Virus record (IMG/VR): IMGVR_UViG_3300047160_019164
Span: 28,464 to 92,463 of that record
Direction: 5' to 3' (one strand)
DNA from: a virus
Length of the DNA stretch: 64,000 nt
The notes below the pieces were generated by a model that was not told the DNA's origin, ran no database searches, and saw only the letters and a list, made by a program, of their open reading frames with translations. The position numbers were made by a program, and so were the translations under genes. Shown here one piece after another: positions 19,054-27,800 of this stretch; position 1 is the stretch's first letter, and every line of letters begins with the position of its first letter.

Positions 19054-19695
19054 ATGGCGCGAAAGATGGCAGCACACATTGGAGCGACGCCGGTCGTCGT
19101 TCATGACACGACGCTCGTCGACGTCGAAAAGCTCAACCCCGCGCCGTACAACCCGCGCAAGATCAAACCGGCCATGCTCTCGGCGTTGAAACAGAGCATC
19201 AAGGAACAGGGGTTCATTCACCCCATCGTCGTGCAGAAGAAGGGTATGGTCATTATCGCTGGCCACCAACGAGTGAAGGCGTTGCGTGAGCTGTGCAGCG
19301 AAACGGGGCAGCCGCTCCCCAAGATTCCCGCCATCATCCGCGACATCGGCGATCGAGTCGCCAAGAAGCTCAACATCACGCTGAACCGCGTCGGTGGTGA
19401 ATTCGATGCGGGGCTCCTCGGTGACTTGTTGCGTGACCTGCAAGACGATGTGCGCCTGACGACCGACGAACTGACTGGCATGGGCATCTCGGCCGACGAG
19501 CTGGACGGGCTTCTCAAGCTCGACGATCCGCCGCCCGAGAACGAAGAGATTCCAACCTTCGGACGCTCGGTCACCATGTCGCTTTCGTTCAGCGACACCA
19601 AGATGCGTGACCGCGTGAAGAAGAAGCTCGAGGAGCGTTCGCGTGTGGAAGGGAAGAAGAGCGGCGAGATCGTCGACAGCCTGATGCGGCGATGA
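19054..19695 (+). CDS. ParB/Srx N-terminal domain protein with a putative C-terminal ribbon-helix-helix
   Basis: 'PAPYNPR', 'SIKEQGFIHPIVV', 'IAGHQRVKA', 'NITLNRVGGEFD'. Confidence 0.85.
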   Translation: MARKMAAHIGATPVVVHDTTLVDVEKLNPAPYNPRKIKPAMLSALKQSIKEQGFIHPIVVQKKGMVIIAGHQRVKALRELCSETGQPLPKIPAIIRDIGDRVAKKLNITLNRVGGEFDAGLLGDLLRDLQDDVRLTTDELTGMGISADELDGLLKLDDPPPENEEIPTFGRSVTMSLSFSDTKMRDRVKKKLEERSRVEGKKSGEIVDSLMRR

Positions 19696-20183
19696 AGCCC
19701 AAAGAGGCAACTCCGCTGGTGCGCTTCTTCCGTCGAATGGCGGAGAAGTTGTTCGGTACGTGGAAGGAAGGCATTGAGCCACCTGACCGGCTTGGCGATA
19801 TGGTCATTACCTTCGCCAACATGCACCCACACGCTACTCGGCAGGATTGGGTTGTCTTCGCGACGTTTCACGCACGCGAAGCGTACCGAAGTGGTTACTT
19901 GCGCGGCGTCGAGTACGCCGAGCGCGAAGACGATGAACCGGGCCTCGACCCCGATGTCTTGATGGACGCGATGAATGGCCCTTCGTGGCGCGGACGGCCC
20001 GTGGGACCGAATCTCGAGCCGCCCGCCGAAGACCTGCACGATTGGGAGTGGTATCCGACCGAAGGTCCCACGCTGGAAGGCGACGTGGCTGCACGCGTGC
20101 GTGAGTACGAAGACGAGAACCACATTGCGTGGGAGCAGCTCACCAAGATGGAGAGTGCCGATCAGGAGCGTTCGAAGCGCTGA
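19692..20183 (+). CDS. Hypothetical protein
   Basis: ORF with a 4-bp overlap to the upstream gene. Confidence 0.6.
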   Translation: MKPKEATPLVRFFRRMAEKLFGTWKEGIEPPDRLGDMVITFANMHPHATRQDWVVFATFHAREAYRSGYLRGVEYAEREDDEPGLDPDVLMDAMNGPSWRGRPVGPNLEPPAEDLHDWEWYPTEGPTLEGDVAARVREYEDENHIAWEQLTKMESADQERSKR

Positions 20184-20210
20184 GCGGCATAAGGGGAGTG
20201 GAGGTGCACG

Positions 20211-20642
20211 ATGTCCGAAGGAGACCCGTTGCAGTGGGCTCGCGCCCTCGGTGCCGGAACTGCGATGGTGATGCACATTCCCACGGACACCGTGGCGAAG
20301 GTGAAGGCGTTCTACGACGGTGTGACCACGAAGTTCATCAGCCCCATCACCAACGAGCCCGTCAACGGGCCGGTGCTGGTGATGGAGGACGGGAACAGCT
20401 TCATGGCAGAGGACGAGAAGTCCTTTCACCGTATGACCATGCAACAAGCGCAGTTCTATCGCACCATGCAGCGCGTAATCGCCAACACGCTGCGCGAAGC
20501 CGCGCAGCTCCTCAAGTCGCTCGGTATTCCGGTCGACGTCGGCGTTTCGTTGTTGGTTGCTACGCTCAAGGCGCAGCTTCGTGTACTCGAAGCCAAGCCC
20601 GAAGCCATGCCGCAGACGCTTCCACCCGAGGAGATGCCCTGA
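20211..20642 (+). CDS. Hypothetical protein
   Basis: GGAGG RBS; phage-typical codon usage. Confidence 0.65.
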   Translation: MSEGDPLQWARALGAGTAMVMHIPTDTVAKVKAFYDGVTTKFISPITNEPVNGPVLVMEDGNSFMAEDEKSFHRMTMQQAQFYRTMQRVIANTLREAAQLLKSLGIPVDVGVSLLVATLKAQLRVLEAKPEAMPQTLPPEEMP

Positions 20643-21040
20643 TGCCGCCCAACACCAACGTCCCCGTCGCCGCCCACAACGCGCTCAAGCAAGTGATCGA
20701 CATGTATGGTCAGCTCCTCGTCGAACAGGAGCATAGGTTCATGATGGAGCGCGCGCAGTTGGAGCTTCAGATCAAGGACATCCACCACACGAACAACGAA
20801 GTGACCGCGCGCTGTCTCGAGATCGAGGGGAAGAACCAGAAGTTGGTCGCCACGAACGAAGGGCTCGCGGCCGACTTCGTGAAGATGACCCAACTGATTC
20901 AAGACCTGAAGGGGAGGGTCGACGAGCTGACGGAAGAGAACGATGCACTGAAGCGCGAGAATGAACGCTACGTACCGTCGCACCTGCGTCGAGAATCCCC
21001 TTCCCACGGCAATTACGGGAACGTGGGATCGGGTGGATGA
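20642..21040 (+). CDS. Coiled-coil hypothetical protein
   Basis: TGATG coupling; heptad pattern. Confidence 0.6.
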   Translation: MPPNTNVPVAAHNALKQVIDMYGQLLVEQEHRFMMERAQLELQIKDIHHTNNEVTARCLEIEGKNQKLVATNEGLAADFVKMTQLIQDLKGRVDELTEENDALKRENERYVPSHLRRESPSHGNYGNVGSGG

Positions 21041-21396
21041 TGGATGGTCCCAAGGCACTGCCGCCCTTCGTTATCGACGCGGCGCTAGGAAGTGGTGCAA
21101 TCGATCTCCAGAAGTGGCGCACGTGGATCGATATCTACGGTCCGATGTGCGCCGCGTGGCTGGTGAAGCACTTCAGTAAGACCATCAAGCAAGCGGGTCA
21201 CTTCAAGGTCTTCGTGCCACGACTCGTCGATCTGTCCTTGCAGAGCAAGCGCTTCCGCTGGTTCAAGCTCGCACTCGCGTACATCCGCAAGTCCACGCGC
21301 TGGCGTGTAATCGTGCGTGACGTGTGGCACAAGGACACCGACCGCGGCAAAGAATTCGACTTCAAGTGGATGTTGTCGAGGCATCGTCGTGGCTGA
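21037..21396 (+). CDS. Hypothetical protein
   Basis: Translationally coupled ORF. Confidence 0.55.
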   Translation: MMDGPKALPPFVIDAALGSGAIDLQKWRTWIDIYGPMCAAWLVKHFSKTIKQAGHFKVFVPRLVDLSLQSKRFRWFKLALAYIRKSTRWRVIVRDVWHKDTDRGKEFDFKWMLSRHRRG

Positions 21397-21648
21397 AGGT
21401 CGCTGGAAAGAGAAGTGGATCCCGCCGTGGGCTCCACATGTCGTCGGTGAGTACGACATGCCGCGCGAATTCCGCGAGGACGGGCTTCCCGAAGCGCAGT
21501 GGGTCGAGATGACCTGCACGCACGCGGAATGCGCAAGCCGGCCGAAGCCGCATTACCGAGTCCCGTGCACCAGTGGCAACGTCCGACAGCACGTCGCGCG
21601 GTTTGCACTGGTGCACATGCACAAGGATCCATTCGAAGGAGGGAAGTG

Positions 21649-22293
21649 ATGAGCGGGAAGTTCGTGGTGATAGAGGGTATTGATGGGTCTGGGAAGACGA
21701 GCTTGGTGAAGCTGATGGCGGCGGAGCTGCGGAAGCGTGGGTTCACCGTGCACGAGACGTACGAGCCCACGCACGGTGAGATCGGCGCGTTGGCGCGCAA
21801 GGCGTTCAGTGCGGAGTCGAAACACATCGACGACCCGCTTGCGTGGGCGAAGCAGGAGATGCTCCTCGCGGCCGATCGCATGCACCATCTGTTTGGTGAA
21901 GTGAACCCGGCGCTCGAGACGCACGACTACGTCATCTGCGATCGCTACGTCGGCAGCGGGTACGCGTACGGCATGGCGTCGCGTCCGAATTCCGTCTCCA
22001 CGTTGAGCGCGCATGGGTTCCTCTGCGGCATGTATGCGTTCGCGTGGAAGCCGGATTACTGCATCCTCGTCGACGTGCCGATCGAAGTGGCAGTGGAGCG
22101 CATGGCCAAGCGCACGGACAAGACGCGCTACGACGTCGACGTGGAGTTGCTCAAGCGGGTGCGTAGCATCTACAACAGCGAAGCCGCAGAGCATCGGCAC
22201 TGGTACACCATCCGTTCCGGTGCCATGACGGCCGAGCAGACATGTCTCGCAGCGCTCGATCGCACGGGCATCGGCCTGCGCAGAACCTCGTAA
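21649..22293 (+). CDS. tmk: Thymidylate kinase
   Basis: 'FVVIEGIDGSGKTS', 'EPT', 'AADR..H', 'CDRY..S..AY'. Confidence 0.92.
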   Translation: MSGKFVVIEGIDGSGKTSLVKLMAAELRKRGFTVHETYEPTHGEIGALARKAFSAESKHIDDPLAWAKQEMLLAADRMHHLFGEVNPALETHDYVICDRYVGSGYAYGMASRPNSVSTLSAHGFLCGMYAFAWKPDYCILVDVPIEVAVERMAKRTDKTRYDVDVELLKRVRSIYNSEAAEHRHWYTIRSGAMTAEQTCLAALDRTGIGLRRTS

Positions 22294-22400
22294 CCACCGC
22301 AAGCGAAAACGTCGGAGTGACGCGAGCGCGGTCCCTATAAGGTGGGGACTGTCTGTGGCAGGTCGGGCGCGAAACGGCGCTAGCTAGCGGCCTGCCGCAC

Positions 22401-22442
22401 CGAAAAAGTCCACCGCACGGCGCCGTGCGGTGGACTTTTTCG
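22401..22442. terminator. Bidirectional terminator-like 42-bp perfect palindrome containing a copy of the 24-bp repeat
   Basis: CGAAAAAGT-CCACCGCACGGCGCCGTGCGGTGG-ACTTTTTCG. Confidence 0.7.
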
Positions 22443-22494
22443 TATGAGAATCCCTCACGAAAAAGGAAATCGTCAGGGCTCGGACGATTTCATG

Positions 22495-22523
22495 TTGCAC
22501 AGGGATGCAATGCGGCTTATTGT
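22495..22523 (+). promoter_or_regulatory. Sigma70-like promoter of the early region
   Basis: TTGCAC-17 nt-TATTGT with an A-rich upstream tract; AGGAGG RBS and ATG22566 downstream. Confidence 0.6.
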
Positions 22524-22565
22524 TCTTCTCACGGTGAACACGACGGTGACGCAAGGAGGTGTGTG

Positions 22566-22790
22566 ATGGACATGCGACGTAGCCAAGCGGCAAAGGTGCT
22601 GGATAGTGTGCGCACGATGTTGGCCCAACGTGAGAGCCCGGAGAAGATCGAGAGGTATCTGTCGCTCCAGTTTGGCATCGAAGCCCTCGTCAAGTGCAGT
22701 GGCGAAGCGCACTCCAACGCGCACATCGACAATTGCGGTTGCTGTGCGCCGCGGTGGGGTTGGGTGGGCGATACCGTCAACATCAAGTAG
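22566..22790 (+). CDS. Small Cys-rich early protein
   Basis: AGGAGG RBS; HIDNCGCC. Confidence 0.6.
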   Translation: MDMRRSQAAKVLDSVRTMLAQRESPEKIERYLSLQFGIEALVKCSGEAHSNAHIDNCGCCAPRWGWVGDTVNIK

Positions 22791-22841
22791 GTCGAAACGG
22801 GCACCAGCCCGTCCGCACGTGATGCGTGCGCTGACGAGACC
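22790..22841 (+). ncRNA. Type II hammerhead ribozyme 1
   Basis: GGUC-GAAA-CGGGC(acca)GCCCG-UC^-CGCACG(ugaug)CGUGCG-CUGACGA-GACC; complete core and three stems. Confidence 0.9.
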
Positions 22842-22855
22842 AGGAGCAAGTAGCC

Positions 22856-23092
22856 ATGGACACCAGCAAGATCGCGATCGGGGAAGTCGTGAAGGCCACC
22901 GCCACCACGTATACGGGCAAGATGTACGGCGGCGGGCTCATCGCCGGGCAGCTCTACAAGGTGGTTGATATGAGTCACCTACGCTGTACGTTCGGCGGTC
23001 ACACCACGTTGTTCGTGCGCTCCGTCGACCGCAGCATCGACCGCGGCATCATTCCGGTGCGGAACGCGCACCTGGTGTTGGAGGTGGCGTGA
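22856..23092 (+). CDS. Hypothetical early protein
   Basis: AGGAG RBS directly after hammerhead 1. Confidence 0.65.
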   Translation: MDTSKIAIGEVVKATATTYTGKMYGGGLIAGQLYKVVDMSHLRCTFGGHTTLFVRSVDRSIDRGIIPVRNAHLVLEVA

Positions 23093-23373
23093 TGATCAAC
23101 CGTTATACGGTCGAGAACGCGGTGGTCGTTGCCAGCCTGCTCACGGAGCAGGGCTTCTTCGCGCATGTCTACTCGGACCAGGAGTCGGTCGTTTGCACCG
23201 ATGCGCCAGTAGCTAAGGTGCAAACGACCGAGCGCAAGGCGTTCGAGCCGATCGAAGTGGCGTACTACACCGGGACGTGGAAGCGGCAGGTGTGCAAGAC
23301 GCCCGCATCGTTCCGCAAGCTGGTGGACCGTTGCATCGACGAGGGCTGGGAAACGCGTACGCGCAAGGCGTGA
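23089..23373 (+). CDS. Hypothetical early protein
   Basis: GGAGG RBS; coupled to the upstream gene. Confidence 0.6.
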   Translation: MMINRYTVENAVVVASLLTEQGFFAHVYSDQESVVCTDAPVAKVQTTERKAFEPIEVAYYTGTWKRQVCKTPASFRKLVDRCIDEGWETRTRKA

Positions 23374-23377
23374 TGTA

Positions 23378-23439
23378 GGTCGAAACCACCGCACGGCGCC
23401 GTGCGGTGGTCCGGGCGTAAGGCGCCCGCTGACGAGACC
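23378..23439 (+). ncRNA. Type II hammerhead ribozyme 2 (stem III formed by the 24-bp palindrome)
   Basis: GGUC-GAAA-[CCACCGCACGGCGCCGUGCGGUGG]-UC^-CGGGCG(uaagg)CGCCCG-CUGACGA-GACC. Confidence 0.88.
23385..23410. repeat. Palindrome copy 7 (hammerhead 2 stem III); copy 6 is within 22401-22442
   Basis: ACCACCGCACGGCGCCGTGCGGTGGT. Confidence 0.95.
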
Positions 23440-23456
23440 ACGAGGAGCAAGCCGAC

Positions 23457-23828
23457 ATGAGGACCACGAGCTTCCACGGCCACGCGCTCAACCTCCCGGC
23501 CGGCCGACTCGGCCGCACTCAGCGCTACGCGCTGGAGCACATCTACGAAGAGGGACAGGACTCGACCGATCGTGCCCTCCACCTCCACGGTCGGGCAGCG
23601 CGCTACGCTAGCCGCTACGCCACCGCGCTCGCGAACATCGTCGACGCGAACCCGCACCTCTTCGCCGGCGGTCCGTTCGGACCGCGCGGCGGCCGCGGGT
23701 ACAAGTGGATTTGGCACGGACCGATCCAGGCACCCCGGTGCACCGCGCACGAGGACTGCCGCGCGTGCGTCGACGTCGCGCTCGCGTGCGATCAAGAAGC
23801 CACGCGGCATAACCCAAACAAGCGCTGA
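23457..23828 (+). CDS. Hypothetical early protein
   Basis: GAGGAG RBS directly after hammerhead 2. Confidence 0.6.
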   Translation: MRTTSFHGHALNLPAGRLGRTQRYALEHIYEEGQDSTDRALHLHGRAARYASRYATALANIVDANPHLFAGGPFGPRGGRGYKWIWHGPIQAPRCTAHEDCRACVDVALACDQEATRHNPNKR

Positions 23829-23856
23829 GGCGCAGCAACCCAAAGGAGCACAGAAG

Positions 23857-24813
23857 ATGCCCACCAAGAAGCCGTTCGATCGTGACAAGTGGCTCGAGGA
23901 GAAGCGCGCCAAGGTGCAGGACGCGAAGGAGATGCTGGAGACTGGGCTCACTGCACTGCGCACCAGCGACGAGTGGAAAGCGTGCATGACTGCCATCGCG
24001 AAGAACGCGCGCCTGCGTTACAGCGTTACCCGCTACAGTTTCGGAAACCAGATGATGCTCGCCTGTCAGTGCGCTGGTGCGAACCGACCGCAGCCCACGA
24101 GCGTCGCTACCTTCAAGGCGTGGCAGCGCGTCGGTCGCAGCGTGAAGAAGGGCGAGAAGGGGATGTTCATCCTCACGCCGAAGCCCTGGAAGCGCGAGGA
24201 GAAGCAAAGCGACGGCACCTCCAAGGAGCTGCGCGGCATGTCGTTCGGCGTGGCGCACGTGTTCGACATCGCGCAGACCGAAGGTGACGAGCTGCCTGTA
24301 CCGCCGCGCGTGACGGTGGACATCGAAGATGCCGCCACCTTCAGCGCGGACGTGGAGACGCTGCGCGAAGTGGCGCTCGCCATCGACGGCGAACCGGTGA
24401 GCGATATCGAGATCCGTGCCAACCAACCGGGCGACCCGACCAACGCGCAAGGCTGGTACGTCATCTCCACCAAGGCGATCGTCGTGGTGGAGCACCGCAG
24501 CCGCGCTCACATGTTCAAGACGCTCGTCCACGAGGTGGCGCACGCGTTGCTCCATCCCAAGGGCGACCACCACTCTACGCCCGAGCGCGAGGTCGAAGCT
24601 GAATCGACGGCGTTCATCGTCTGCCAGGTGCTCGGTCTCAGTACCGACGCCTTTAGCTTCCCGTACGTCGAGTCGTGGGCGCAGCGCGCGAGCTGCACGT
24701 CGAACGACATGATCGCCAAGTGCGGCGACCGCATCACCAAGGCGTCGCATACCATCTTGGATGCGCTCCTCGGCAAGCAAGTCGAAGAGCCCAACGAGGA
24801 AGAGGCTGCGTAA
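23857..24813 (+). CDS. ardC: ArdC-like antirestriction protein (ssDNA-binding N-domain plus zincin-like HExxH domain)
   Basis: 'YSFGNQ', 'VATFKAWQRVGRSVKKGEKG', 'VFDIAQTEG', 'LVHEVAH', 'EVEAESTA'. Confidence 0.85.
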   Translation: MPTKKPFDRDKWLEEKRAKVQDAKEMLETGLTALRTSDEWKACMTAIAKNARLRYSVTRYSFGNQMMLACQCAGANRPQPTSVATFKAWQRVGRSVKKGEKGMFILTPKPWKREEKQSDGTSKELRGMSFGVAHVFDIAQTEGDELPVPPRVTVDIEDAATFSADVETLREVALAIDGEPVSDIEIRANQPGDPTNAQGWYVISTKAIVVVEHRSRAHMFKTLVHEVAHALLHPKGDHHSTPEREVEAESTAFIVCQVLGLSTDAFSFPYVESWAQRASCTSNDMIAKCGDRITKASHTILDALLGKQVEEPNEEEAA

Positions 24814-25001
24814 TGGCTCGCTGGTCGCTCAAGCGGCTCAAGGAGCACGGCTTCGATAAGAGCACGAGTGACCGCGTTGGACGTCTCACGGTGGGCTGCT
24901 CGCAGTGCGCCGTGAGCGTCATCAACGGCACTCCGTGCCACGAACACGACTGCCCTAATTGGGTGCGGCGTAACAAGCTCGGACAGGAAGTGGAGGACTA
25001 G
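24813..25001 (+). CDS. Small Cys-rich protein
   Basis: CSQC..CHEHDC; TAATG coupling. Confidence 0.55.
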   Translation: MARWSLKRLKEHGFDKSTSDRVGRLTVGCSQCAVSVINGTPCHEHDCPNWVRRNKLGQEVED

Positions 25002-25171
25002 ATGGCCACCGACATCGAAGAGGTCGACGAGAATCGTTTGGAGACGTGGATCTTGCGCTTCAAGAAACACCGCATCCTTGCGCGCCAAGGCTCCTACGAA
25101 GCGCGCAAGTTCTACGAGCGCATGGCGCGTCGCGACGAGATCATGATTCGCACCTTCATGGCGGAAGCGTC

Positions 25172-25381
25172 GTGAAGCCGGTCCAGATCGGCGAAGAAGA
25201 CTATCACGACCATGTCGAAGGGAGTGACGGTATCTGCCTGAGCTGTGGCGAGTGGAAGTACGGTGACTGCGAGCCCGACGCCGAGAACTACAGGTGCGAC
25301 GAGTGCGGTGCGATGGAGGTGATGGGCGTCGAGATGGCGATGGTGGCCGGTCACATTCAACTAGTCGAAGATGACTCGTGA
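25172..25381 (+). CDS. Small Zn-ribbon protein
   Basis: CLSC..EPDA..CDEC. Confidence 0.6.
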   Translation: MKPVQIGEEDYHDHVEGSDGICLSCGEWKYGDCEPDAENYRCDECGAMEVMGVEMAMVAGHIQLVEDDS

Positions 25382-25390
25382 AGCCCGTGG

Positions 25391-25723
25391 GTGAAGGAGC
25401 GAGTGATGGTGGTGCGCGAATTCAAAGAGCTGCACGAGGGCTTCGTCTTCTACAAGTGGATGAGCGTGGCGGTCGCCAATCGCCGCATCAAGTGGCAATG
25501 GGTCAAGCACGAAGTGCGCGCACGCTTCGACCCTGAAGAAGTGCCCTGGGAGAAGGGTCAACCGCCGGTCATCTCGCACCACGTGGTGTACCGCTACTGG
25601 TCTCCCAAGCGTGGATGGCACTACGAGCATGACGAGGAGTGGCTGATGTCGGTCAACACCATGATGAGTCTCTCGGCCTTCAAGCCGGGGAAGGACCCGT
25701 GGGGGAAGGACTTGGACAAGTGA
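25391..25723 (+). CDS. Hypothetical protein
   Basis: ORF within a coupled run of small genes. Confidence 0.5.
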   Translation: MKERVMVVREFKELHEGFVFYKWMSVAVANRRIKWQWVKHEVRARFDPEEVPWEKGQPPVISHHVVYRYWSPKRGWHYEHDEEWLMSVNTMMSLSAFKPGKDPWGKDLDK

Positions 25724-26007
25724 AGATCATGTTTCATCCCAACAAAGGTCCGGCGCGCAAAGCCAAGCTTCCTTACACCGATGCGGACTACTGTGTTGTC
25801 GATGGTGAGTGCCCTTACTGCAAAGCGATGCCATTCCACGCCGCAGGTGTGAAGGGCACGATGGTGAAGGGGCACGCCACGCTCACGAGTGATGCCGGTT
25901 GTATCGGCTGCAAGGTCGTCACTGGCAAGTTGGTCGTGAAGGTCAACACGCTGTTTGGTATCGAAGAAGACGAACGTGTCATGCGCAGTGGAGTGAGGAT
26001 CTACTGA
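25720..26007 (+). CDS. Small Zn-ribbon protein
   Basis: CPYC..CIGC; coupled. Confidence 0.55.
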   Translation: MKIMFHPNKGPARKAKLPYTDADYCVVDGECPYCKAMPFHAAGVKGTMVKGHATLTSDAGCIGCKVVTGKLVVKVNTLFGIEEDERVMRSGVRIY

Positions 26008-26270
26008 TGAAGCACACACTCAAGGTCAAAGACCTCAACAACCTCCGGCTATCGGAAGCCACGATGGCTGTGTGCGATGCGGCCGAGAAGCTCAAGCAAG
26101 CGGCACGCACCTACGCGGATAAGGTTCCCAAGAACGAACCGAGCGGGTTGCCCTCAAACGTCGACTTCGTTGACCAAAGCCCCGAAGGGAAAGCATTGGA
26201 GGCTGCGGCGCGTGACTTCTCGCTCTGGTACGACGCACTGGCGCACGTGAAGGTGCGGGAGAAGCTCTGA
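26007..26270 (+). CDS. Hypothetical protein
   Basis: TGATG coupling at both ends. Confidence 0.55.
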   Translation: MKHTLKVKDLNNLRLSEATMAVCDAAEKLKQAARTYADKVPKNEPSGLPSNVDFVDQSPEGKALEAAARDFSLWYDALAHVKVREKL

Positions 26271-26818
26271 TGGCACGCAAGATCGCGGTCATATCACCGG
26301 CACTGGTCGATATCCTTCAAGACCCCGGTCGCCAGCGTGAGTCGCTCGTCGGCCCACTGTGGGATGCGATGAGCCTCGGTTGGTGCACGTGTCACACGTT
26401 CCGAATCGCTGGTAATGATTGGATCGCGGTGTTGACGAAGAAGGGCATCGCGGCACGTAGCCAGCACGTACAGGACAAGACCATCTTACTCTCGAAGTCG
26501 TGGCACTTCGTGAAGCAACCCAATGGGCTCCTCGCATGGTGGTCAGACGCGACCGCCACTTTCGAAGAATTCAACATCGGTGTGCAGGAAGCCGAGGAAT
26601 ACGCCTGCGAGCAGGTGTCGCTTTCGCGCAGCATCGGCAAGCGCGTAAGCACTGTGATGCTCCAAGAGGCGCTCGACGACGTCCTACGTGGCTTTCCCTT
26701 CCAAGAGGCCAGAATCGAGAGCAAAGACGGGTTGGTGCGTTGGCGGAATTGCCTGCGGCTCATGCGAGGCATTCACGGTTTCGAACACGTACGTAGAGCA
26801 GAAGAACAAGCTCGATGA
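26270..26818 (+). CDS. Hypothetical protein
   Basis: Coupled ORF. Confidence 0.55.
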   Translation: MARKIAVISPALVDILQDPGRQRESLVGPLWDAMSLGWCTCHTFRIAGNDWIAVLTKKGIAARSQHVQDKTILLSKSWHFVKQPNGLLAWWSDATATFEEFNIGVQEAEEYACEQVSLSRSIGKRVSTVMLQEALDDVLRGFPFQEARIESKDGLVRWRNCLRLMRGIHGFEHVRRAEEQAR

Positions 26819-27228
26819 GCTTCCTTGCCTATTGTTGTGACGCTCGCCAGGTGCCCGAAGTGTTTTCTACACGAGCGGCGGCAGAGGCGTACTTGCGGCA
26901 GTGGGCTTGCTATCCCGATCCTGGTCGAATTGTTGAGGAATGCCCGATGACTTGGCGCTTTCATACAACGTGTGTGCAGAGTGATTACCTGTCTATTACG
27001 ACCATGCAGGATAAGGCGGTGTCGATTACGTATCGCACCATGCGCAGGAAGCTCGGTAAGGTGCTCACTGACGTGGAAGAGATGTTGGGCTACGACACGG
27101 GTCGTGGGAAGCGTGGGCTGCGAATGAAGAACGACTTCGCCGTGTCGTTCTACAAGTCCACCTACCAGGGGAAGCCGTGCTTGTACTTCGTGTGGTCGCA
27201 CATCGAGCACATCTTCTTGGAGGATTGA
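26815..27228 (+). CDS. Hypothetical protein
   Basis: Coupled ORF with locally lower GC. Confidence 0.5.
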   Translation: MSFLAYCCDARQVPEVFSTRAAAEAYLRQWACYPDPGRIVEECPMTWRFHTTCVQSDYLSITTMQDKAVSITYRTMRRKLGKVLTDVEEMLGYDTGRGKRGLRMKNDFAVSFYKSTYQGKPCLYFVWSHIEHIFLED

Positions 27229-27231
27229 GGC

Positions 27232-27528
27232 ATGGCAACGCGGACGTACATGCGCGGGGGAGAGGTCGTCACCTTCGAGACCAAGGTGCTGTTCAGCACC
27301 ACGTACATCGACATGAGCGGCCTTCGCGTCCTCACGCACGCGCGCCAAGGCCGTTACATGCAGCCGACGCGTGAAGCGGCCGAAGAGGCGCTCAAGAACC
27401 TCCTCGAGAACAACACGGAGCAGCGGCTCGCCGACATCTACGGTCCGCAGTCCATCGGTACCTTCCGTGTCGACGCGTTCGAGTGTTACGAGCACGGCGA
27501 CCCTATTCACCTCTTGGAGAAGCCGTGA
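27232..27528 (+). CDS. Hypothetical protein
   Basis: GGAGG RBS. Confidence 0.6.
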   Translation: MATRTYMRGGEVVTFETKVLFSTTYIDMSGLRVLTHARQGRYMQPTREAAEEALKNLLENNTEQRLADIYGPQSIGTFRVDAFECYEHGDPIHLLEKP

Positions 27529-27599
27529 GCGACCTGGACGAAGACCCGCGCCACCGCATCGCCGTGAGCGACCTGGACGAAGACCCGCGCCACCGCATC
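27522..27599 (+). repeat. 39-bp direct tandem duplication
   Basis: GCCGTGAGCGACCTGGACGAAGACCCGCGCCACCGCATC x2. Confidence 0.95.
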
Positions 27600-27800
27600 G
27601 TCATCGACGGCGTGGCCTACAGCGGCAAGAAGCTCGCCGTCTATGCGTACGCGCTAGCGCTCAAGGTGTCGGTCGAAGCGGCAGCTTTGGTCGCCGTCTA
27701 CATGGACCTTCTGGTGCTCTACGACGTGTCGGTGTTCCCGCCGCAACGAGCCACGTTGCGCGCCACCCTGTTCGGCCCACGCAACGAAAGGTGTGCCTGA
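27525..27800 (+). CDS. Hypothetical protein with a duplicated N-terminus
   Basis: GTGA coupling. Confidence 0.5.
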   Translation: MSDLDEDPRHRIAVSDLDEDPRHRIVIDGVAYSGKKLAVYAYALALKVSVEAAALVAVYMDLLVLYDVSVFPPQRATLRATLFGPRNERCA

